Source: Rhizaria sp. SCN 62-66
Taxonomy: Eukaryota
Assembly (NCBI GenBank): GCA_001724265.1
Contig: MEDY01000057.1
Location: forward strand, 1 to 64,000
Length of the DNA stretch: 64,000 nt
Direction: 5' to 3'
This document shows positions 58,601 through 64,000 of the stretch, one piece after another. A model generated the notes under the pieces. The model ran no database searches. It was given only the letters and a program-made list of their open reading frames with translations, and was not told the DNA's origin. Every line of letters starts with the position of its first letter. The first letter of the stretch is position 1. Position numbers and translations under genes: made by a program.

Positions 58601-61600
58601 CGTGTCGAGCGCTGGTGCGTGTTTGTCCTCGACGCGCTGTGCGCCCGCTCGTACGACCCCGCATCGCCGTACTGCCCGCTCGCGCTGCCGTCGCCGGCGG
58701 CGCTGGCGGCCACGCGCGCTGAGCTCACGGCTGGCCTTGCGCAGCTGCGGCGGCGCATGACGCAGGCCGCGCTGCCGCTGCTGATGCACTGGCGCCGCCT
58801 CTCGCTCGCAGCGCTCACGGCGACGCCGGTGGCGACTGTGGTCGCCGATGACGGCGCTACTGTTGCTGTCGCGGCCGTGCCTGACGCTGTTGCTATGGCC
58901 GCTGCACTTCCGCGCAATCTTGCAATTCACAGCCACATTGCTCTGGTTTTGCGTTGTCAACGCGAGCCCTCTGACGCGACCGCGACTGCTCCCGGACACC
59001 CGATGTTCGCTTACGAGGCTCTTACGCCCGCACAGGCGAGCACGCTGCTGGGCGCGGTCTGCTACACCACGACGTGGAACGCGGGCGCGGACGAGTCACA
59101 GAGCTCTGCGCCCGCCAAGGCAAAGACTGCAACTGCGACTAATGACGAGAATGCGAAGCCCGCGGAGGCGACGCCAACGGGCGATGAGCAAGAAGACACG
59201 CCCACCGATAGCGTTGGCGACGACGAGCGCGCCGACTGCTGGGCAACACACGTCCCGGTGCCCGCTGACGAGCTCCGTGCACTGCTCGCCGCACGCCGCG
59301 CGCCTTTGCACGCCTGGATTGTCGCACTGCCCGCGGCGACGCGCTCGGATGTGCTTTCTCGCGCGCTCGAGTGGGTAAGTGACCCGCGGAGCGGTGCTGA
59401 AGCTGCGGCGGCTAGTGGCACTGAGCCTAGCGCCGTGACTTGGGAGCCTGCTGCTGCTGCGCCCGGCGAGTTCTGGAATTCTGCGTCGGAGACGTCTTTC
59501 AGCTTGCTGACTGGTCTCATCTCGCGCGCTGCCGCAGGTGTGCGACCTGTGCCTACCTCAGTGTCCAAGCACGTCGCCTTTGCAACCGGCGTGTCTGGCG
59601 CAGCGCGCGCGCTGGTCACCGCACAGTCACGCAGGCTGGCGCGCACAACGTACAGCGTCTTCAGCCGTGACATCACCGCTCATGTCTGGGAGCCGTACTC
59701 GCCGCACGACCTGAACGCCGCCGCACCGCGCGCATTGACGGCTGCCGAGGCCGCATCAGGCGTCGAGGATCTTGCTGTGACCGCAGCAGAGTCCGGCGCC
59801 AGTGATGCCGAGGCAACCAGCTCTGCCGCTGTTGTTGAGCGTCACGGTGCCCTCTTCCGTGGCGTCATCTACTCGCGCCGCTACGGTACTGTGACGCTGG
59901 ACGACAACGAAGAGTGGGTCGCGCGCCTGTTTGAGCCTTTCCTGACCGAGACCTACGACAAGCCCGACTCTGCCGCGCGTCACGCGGCACTGACCTTCTC
60001 CTGGTTCTTGCCCCACGCGCCCACATGCGCGTCGGCGGGCTTCACTGCGCTGTTTGGTTTTGACTCGGCGACGGAGACGTGGCGTCTCGCCGTGCTCTCG
60101 CGCCACCGCGCCACGGTGCAGGTTTTCGTGCTGGCCGAGGCGGGCCGTGTGCTGTATCTCTCGCAGGCCTTCACCACGGCCGGTGCGCTTGCGTTGTCAT
60201 CCTTCGCACCGGGCGCTGGGTCTACGCTCGTGTCCGCCGCTGCTGCCGCGGGAGACGCCGCCGCACAGGAGCGGCTCCGCGCTCAGGAACAGGACCGCTT
60301 TTTCACCGAGACCAGCCGCTTTGCGCGCGGTAACCCAACGCGTCCGGTGGAGATGGAGGGCTCGCTCGTGCTCCGCGCACGCGCCCCCGCGCCGCCGCCG
60401 CGCTGCACTGACTCGCTGCTTTTCCCGCCCGCTGGCTCGGAGACGATGGTGGTGCCGCAGTGCCTGCTGAACGGCCTGCTGCCCGCTGTGCTGCTCGAGA
60501 GCTTCACGTTCCAGCTGTCGCTGTCAGACTTCTGTCTCCGCGGTGCACCCATCGCGGCCGTAGCCGAGCTGCCGCAGTGGCGCTTCGGACTGTTGGTCGT
60601 GCCGCTGCGCCTGCCCGCGGCCGGTCTTGGAAGCGATGCACCTGCTACCCGTGTTGAACGCCCTCTGGAGTTCCTGCGTCTGCTGGGTCGCGTCGGTGGC
60701 ATTGTCTACCGCACGCCCGCGTCCAGCGACGGCACGACGGCGGCACTCACGGAGCACAACTCGGTGCGCGTGCTGGTGAACCTCTCGTGCTCTGTCCCTG
60801 GCTCTGCTCTTGGACGCGTTGCCGACCTGTCCACACGCGTCGAGGACCTCTCACACACGCTGCTGTGGGCGAAGCCTGCGCCCGAGCTCGACCTCACTCC
60901 GCTTCTGATGCCCACGGGTGCTGCTACCGACGCCCAACGCACTGCCGTTGCATGCGAGCTGCGCGCTCTGCGTCCTGTGAACGGCGAGGAGCGCGATGAG
61001 GCCGCTACTGCGCAGTCGAGCGATCGGAGCGCACTTGCGGAGCGCGTCATCGCTACCAAGCTCACTCTCGACACGCTGTGGTTCCCCCGGCTTAACTTCA
61101 CGCTGGTGGTGCGCACCGACGCGTCGGGCCACACACGGCTGCATTCGCGTGAGCACGCCGATATGTACGTGTCTGACGTGCGGTCCTACTCGCTGGCGCC
61201 GCTCTTCATGGGGCTGCCGCACGCGCTGTTGATGCAGAGCCGCGCCAACACGTTCTCTCTGTTCCTACCGTCGTACCCGGTGACGCGGCCCGTGGTGCGC
61301 GTGAGCCCGCTATCGACAGACCTCCGCCAAGAGCGCGATAACACCGATTGGCTCTCGACTGTTTCCGCGCGCTACTACCTTTACTCGGTGCATTCGTCGC
61401 ACACGCGCGTGTTGCCGCCCGAGGGCGCGGGACTGGGCCCCGCAGCGTGCCTCTTCACACTGCGCATGCTGCACCGCAACTACGCCGACGCGGCGTCGCT
61501 GATCGAGACGTGCCGCGTCGACACGCCGCTGTCGGCCGAGGAGGTGTTCCAGCTGCAGCAGGCCGAGGCCACCGTCGGCGACTACCACCCCGACGCCGTC

Positions 61601-64000
61601 ACCGTGCGACTGCGTCTGCTCACGGCACTGCTGCAGTGCCCGACCAAGGTCGAGTGGCGCGCGCACGAGGCTTCGACGCACGGCGGCGGCGGCGGCCGTG
61701 GCCGCGGGCGCGATAAATACAACATAATGACCGACGCCGTCGAGTTTGCCAGCAAGCGTCACCGCGTCTCGCCTGCGTGCGCCTTTGCGCCGCAGGAGCT
61801 CATGAACTTGCTCGACACGCTGCAGCTCACACACGCTTTGCGCATGGACGACAAGCCTAAACCGTTGCCGACGGAAGTGCGCAACTTGGCGATGATTCTG
61901 CGCGCTGAACTCGGCCTGATGGCGCGCTGCGAGGCTGAACCGCCGCGCGGCCACACTGACTGGCCCGTCGGCGGCGCGCTCCCCGGCGGCGGTTACTACG
62001 ACAATGCACTGCTCGACTTGACCACTGGCTTCATCTACGAGCAGGACGACGCAGGTTCAGTGATCACGCGCCGTCGCCGTCGCTTCGACGAGGCCGCTCT
62101 TGTGACGCACATGGCGTCGGGCCTCTCGCTATCTGCCGCCGAAGGTGCTGCGGTCCGTACTGCCTCGCTCGCGCCGACTGTGCGCACAGTCGGCGAGCAC
62201 CTGGACGTCATGGACCCCGCGCCGCCGGCCGCGTGGCAAACACTGCTTGCACGCGCCACTCACATCCTCAACATGGTCAGCGACGGCAGTGACTTTAAGG
62301 TCGACCTGGGGGGCTCGCTCTGCTACGACCGTCCGCTGCGCCGTCACATGCGCGGCGCTTGGCTGGTCTGGCTGATCAATCGCGCTCTTAAGGACGACCT
62401 CGGCGGTGGCAGTGAACGCCTCGGCTTCCTCTTCATCCTCGAACTTCTCCAAGGCACGCGTGTACCTGCCGTTTGGGAGACGGTGCAGACGCGCGCTGAG
62501 CGCCGCACCCGCGGCAAAGACGTGCGTGCCAAACGCACCGCGCGCGCCGAGGCTCACAAGCTCAAGAAGAGCGCTGCTGCTACTGCAACAGCTTCTTCGA
62601 CTGACTCAAAGTCTGCTGCTGAAGAGACGCCCGCTGACGACGGCACTGCAGCCGCAATGGCGCTGATGATGGACTTCTTTGGCTCCGCGCCTCCGGTTGC
62701 TGCGGAGCCGGAGAAAAAGACTGACGCTGCAAAGTCCAAGGATGATAAGGCCTCTGGCACCGACAAAGACAAGAAGGACAATAAGGGCGACAAGCCCAGC
62801 GCACTGGCGACTGCACTGCAAACGCGCAAGCTGCGGCAGAAGTTGCTGCGCGGCGCGACGCTGAAGCCGACCGAGCTGGTAAAGCTGGATGATCAGGCGA
62901 TGATTAGTGAGCATCGGCGCGAGCGTGTATATGGCGACGCAGACGGCGCCGCGCTAGCGGAACTCGTCGCTCAGTGGCTGCATCTAGATTTCCAGGGACA
63001 ACGCGGCCGTCAATCAGACATGGGTCTGATCCAGTTCCTCTTGTTGCAGGTGGCTATGCGCCAGCGCGACGCCGCTGTAGCCTACGACGAAGCTATGGCA
63101 GCTGCTCAAGCGACGACAGCATCTAAGGCCCCAGTTGACTCCACAACATTTGCTTCCTCTGCAAGCGCATCTGCTGAGTATGCGCTCTCCATTCCGCCCA
63201 GTGCAGACCCAGCACACGCTGCTGAGGTTGCCACAGCTCACGCTGCCTGGCTTGCACACCTCGAGGAGACTGCGCCGACGACGAGTACCACGACGACTAA
63301 GGTTGCGCAGCCTGCCAAGGTCGATGTCAAGGCGTTGGCGATGCTCGCTCAGTCGACACCCATCCTGCAAACGCAGCTGAACCTGCGCGTGCTGCGGCCG
63401 CGCTTAGCCAAGACAGTGACCGTGGGCAAGGCGGAAAAGGACGGCCCCACGCCATTCTTTACATTGTGGATGGAGTCCGTCGCGTGCGCCGCACACGCGC
63501 TTGTGACCAACGACATGTGTTGGATCTCGCAGGTCCAGGGCCAGGGCGCTACGGCTGAGAACATCAAGGCGGGACAGACCGCGGCTGCTGCTGCGCTGGC
63601 GCGCTCGGCGGCCGTCACGCTGACACGCCCTATTGAGCTCGCCGCTGGCAGCGCGCCTGACCGCAGTCAGTCTGAGCGCTTACTTGACCCTTCGCTTCTG
63701 CCTGCTCACCTGCGTGTGTCGCAACGCGAGTTGGAGGAGTTGCTCTCACAGCCGCTGTTTGCCGCTGATGCCCCGCGCCACGTCGCGCTGCACGGTGGAG
63801 ACTGCTTTGCGCGCACGTCGGACAAGGATCAAGAGCCTACTTTGCCGTTCGACTTGGTTGCGCACCCTGCGTTAGCGGCCCCGCAAGCACGCGCGATGCT
63901 GCAACGTATCCAGACTGACTTTGCGCTGCACGCTCGTAGCCGCAATGCTGCTGCGATACCCGCCGTGCCCGAGCTGGTCGACCTCCTTGCAAGCGCGCAG
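52640..64000 (+). CDS. Giant intronless protein (at least 3787 aa, 3' end outside the window) with an N-terminal Cys/His cluster and a cysteine-protease-like domain; resembles DUF3638/DUF3645-type giant protist proteins
   Basis: ATG at 52640 (MSSIGAAAATRAKQE). The ORF track reports no stop-terminated ORF in this frame, consistent with an open frame to the window end. Motifs read: ELEGG, PGGYMGASSGHAIM, INTGNGLQFH, QQRAGSCYF, EPYARIPLVL, GTPCGLLMNE, GLLPAVLLESFTF and DYHPDA. Confidence 0.85.
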   Translation, partial: MSSIGAAAATRAKQEAALLVEVRKLTDITHTPAKRHESAFRKFAALICPNCNYCEFPGCGTHHTLLTNAKGNGHASCSGCERKNHDCSTDKSSPWCDHCRDCKQSRADPMFWLMRDAAAYAMAVAVFAAAPAKSLQSQAIVATLALVCDCCAAAEIQTLDGALLTPAAHAAALARGHVFTLEHYDPRCTGPLRALPVSVSKVEALYLAGAVGTTRRLPAPRPDAAAFARPARWATHAAVDADPALRSLSLRSLPADQRYALAALPREPHPYPVWMSRGFVGQFGDPFVKDTELEGGHTKESLAYLAHYLSTLRARVTLTPADSLSNAVDGGKSTKDGASRVLCPLSPQGWRAVEKAAAHLAQAAATAADFAVVARLPAVDAPGVRLRNGHVVRQRRRKNAKASNTVAAAPDAGAGIPAVAAPAPLGAKPTEKDNEKDGESKSTGEGDNNSKNDAAADDHENDDISDGCSDVADSDLSESDLTDSASDADDDSTKAEDTNKTQSVVVSASAGDNNSDVDLDLKTVWESYQALRKKRASAADADTAAPPSDTKSAADDNKDYDDADAARNMSEGAAAAAFNRLNRLRNRTRRAGTASAGESASKDNDGDDDASWAAQAIAQQGLSPTVRDHALAALVRQHVDRLQRLQPGEAFVFPGGYMGASSGHAIMHVVVRGGACGTTVNSDPTDLTQCGTVSADEFDFITINTGNGLQFHPPQVTASKTRYVTALTVPRVPARRMLSAPFWLLYLRCLNYSADAHGAELLYQVLLPYLAGGALARAATLQPARLNGVYRTQQRAGSCYFRCVTECARHLMLCHGASAADWKAVSFWLRAAMLEDALRDLHVSRALYDASDVPMLRIAAKQTVNALCNWTRIGASTGGDASSKVGADRAGVPVETAAAASELLRRLVLALERKLASLPVPDSLQWAPTYLTGVAAELAFTQRVTESSVVDVPVASPAAVTYEGDEPLFSLSFTSPIAGAATAAVVGDVTAHSATSLALPFIAAEDGSDADDDGGDGDDDDIYAQDGSAPPSGTNPADTSSMSQSISLGSPLSVQVLQRQGSCDAPDGFGALPTEAVDAAGSERDLAELLLPPTSMCALSDKAQTLAYLPPVLKPESTCAGSAALYGGFDPFIADHAAHTDKLAGDDMAEPAPAAPDLVTAFDKVDKTDAAAADAPQSAATVLRREHDAAVATLSQLNAVAAQLVECQSLAHYHHAVHFIATTVTERLPVPRTLRERGLEVLPLQRRPSSMGFSAASNTTSKPAAAAATTETPATAAVAALSYESTDAGFVVEFEPGAAAAAAADGRELKRSPCCPWQDVPLTRAEITTAITAVARTSRLLMAAAASTDQSAPAAVARNAIVAAQLLAITDALMRVRAVPAPDDADADARAGLSPWAAVLDGGLPLEPRATDKQRFAIVAPATSNADNVPLETLTALLPLTEPAVALARARTLAYLKERAARADVLLFSTKAQKLCSFYYGPDDPELRLMQTFSTESGITLDRPVLPGAQTECSPQEASARWLCSCDASTSSGYEHEVTPIVTRFPEFMHWRNAALTLQLLLMSPRALRAELGGCLMTERGVELQWSFFRASAERKSIVIVLRFAGASNDTFIFTARRRIAASPAWPDYYIKPPAEGSSTLALASKRASAAAAAAYPSESYSSGTDIVAAVAPVPAPATGLYHLRYNDNRETTAVGATAAGAAAATAATRVFADDVDVDALIGSRHNSGNIDTASGFASRRDRDGRLPHSVRMQPALVAMRRGGVDSFEGVAASTAPAAATRNANLLHWADLDSALPQALREPEVLMAPALPTFHHYLSAEAAERLLCALAEPYARIPLVLAQFAAPGAETWLLNPALRELLSAVITEPARFQSAFAAARTVTALPAHPLRLGTPCGLLMNEVLHAPAAVLGPLCTLFDTVVARFAPPTTAAVTALDPALSSDAAVAALFTLPAGLAGADAEALAARWTLPTASAAAGFFFLLRLAARVERWCVFVLDALCARSYDPASPYCPLALPSPAALAATRAELTAGLAQLRRRMTQAALPLLMHWRRLSLAALTATPVATVVADDGATVAVAAVPDAVAMAAALPRNLAIHSHIALVLRCQREPSDATATAPGHPMFAYEALTPAQASTLLGAVCYTTTWNAGADESQSSAPAKAKTATATNDENAKPAEATPTGDEQEDTPTDSVGDDERADCWATHVPVPADELRALLAARRAPLHAWIVALPAATRSDVLSRALEWVSDPRSGAEAAAASGTEPSAVTWEPAAAAPGEFWNSASETSFSLLTGLISRAAAGVRPVPTSVSKHVAFATGVSGAARALVTAQSRRLARTTYSVFSRDITAHVWEPYSPHDLNAAAPRALTAAEAASGVEDLAVTAAESGASDAEATSSAAVVERHGALFRGVIYSRRYGTVTLDDNEEWVARLFEPFLTETYDKPDSAARHAALTFSWFLPHAPTCASAGFTALFGFDSATETWRLAVLSRHRATVQVFVLAEAGRVLYLSQAFTTAGALALSSFAPGAGSTLVSAAAAAGDAAAQERLRAQEQDRFFTETSRFARGNPTRPVEMEGSLVLRARAPAPPPRCTDSLLFPPAGSETMVVPQCLLNGLLPAVLLESFTFQLSLSDFCLRGAPIAAVAELPQWRFGLLVVPLRLPAAGLGSDAPATRVERPLEFLRLLGRVGGIVYRTPASSDGTTAALTEHNSVRVLVNLSCSVPGSALGRVADLSTRVEDLSHTLLWAKPAPELDLTPLLMPTGAATDAQRTAVACELRALRPVNGEERDEAATAQSSDRSALAERVIATKLTLDTLWFPRLNFTLVVRTDASGHTRLHSREHADMYVSDVRSYSLAPLFMGLPHALLMQSRANTFSLFLPSYPVTRPVVRVSPLSTDLRQERDNTDWLSTVSARYYLYSVHSSHTRVLPPEGAGLGPAACLFTLRMLHRNYADAASLIETCRVDTPLSAEEVFQLQQAEATVGDYHPDAVTVRLRLLTALLQCPTKVEWRAHEASTHGGGGGRGRGRDKYNIMTDAVEFASKRHRVSPACAFAPQELMNLLDTLQLTHALRMDDKPKPLPTEVRNLAMILRAELGLMARCEAEPPRGHTDWPVGGALPGGGYYDNALLDLTTGFIYEQDDAGSVITRRRRRFDEAALVTHMASGLSLSAAEGAAVRTASLAPTVRTVGEHLDVMDPAPPAAWQTLLARATHILNMVSDGSDFKVDLGGSLCYDRPLRRHMRGAWLVWLINRALKDDLGGGSERLGFLFILELLQGTRVPAVWETVQTRAERRTRGKDVRAKRTARAEAHKLKKSAAATATASSTDSKSAAEETPADDGTAAAMALMMDFFGSAPPVAAEPEKKTDAAKSKDDKASGTDKDKKDNKGDKPSALATALQTRKLRQKLLRGATLKPTELVKLDDQAMISEHRRERVYGDADGAALAELVAQWLHLDFQGQRGRQSDMGLIQFLLLQVAMRQRDAAVAYDEAMAAAQATTASKAPVDSTTFASSASASAEYALSIPPSADPAHAAEVATAHAAWLAHLEETAPTTSTTTTKVAQPAKVDVKALAMLAQSTPILQTQLNLRVLRPRLAKTVTVGKAEKDGPTPFFTLWMESVACAAHALVTNDMCWISQVQGQGATAENIKAGQTAAAAALARSAAVTLTRPIELAAGSAPDRSQSERLLDPSLLPAHLRVSQRELEELLSQPLFAADAPRHVALHGGDCFARTSDKDQEPTLPFDLVAHPALAAPQARAMLQRIQTDFALHARSRNAAAIPAVPELVDLLASAQ

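Noticed and set aside
52571-63875. Dozens of short ORFs in the track across this region
   Set aside because: They are alternate-frame or antisense shadows of the single giant ORF starting at 52640.
1-64000. Prokaryotic-type features (CRISPR arrays, operons, IS elements), tRNA/rRNA genes and transposon ORFs
   Set aside because: None seen. The repeats present are coding microsatellites or domain duplications, and the gene structure is spliceosomal.

Overview
Eukaryotic nuclear DNA from a gene-dense, probably flagellated protist (lineage not assignable from sequence alone). Exons are GC-rich and inflated with Ala/Ser/Gln low-complexity tracts, while introns (about 120-270 nt) and intergenic spacers are AT-rich. 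I can build 18 protein-coding genes with 16 spliceosomal introns. Recognisable genes are CWC22, SPT4, aprataxin, a ZIP7/LIV-1 zinc transporter, a dynein LC4-type EF-hand protein, MYCBP, C12orf4/DUF2362, a CSRNP-like protein, a Dad1-like DASH subunit, a GT31/fringe-like glycosyltransferase, and PH, LRR and ARM proteins. An intronless ORF of more than 11 kb starting at 52640 runs off the window and is absent from the ORF track; it carries a His-Asn-Gln-Cys cysteine-protease-like motif set. The most striking sequence-level signal is the 5' splice site: 15 of 16 donors have C at +4 (11 are exactly GTACGT) and none has the usual +4 A, which predicts a modified U1/U6 recognition system. Also notable are an in-frame TAG near the start of the aprataxin ORF, an intron-containing internal duplication in the LRR gene, and several apparently catalytically degenerate enzyme homologs. 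I saw no tRNA, rRNA, CRISPR array or mobile element. All family assignments are by recalled motif similarity, not database searches.
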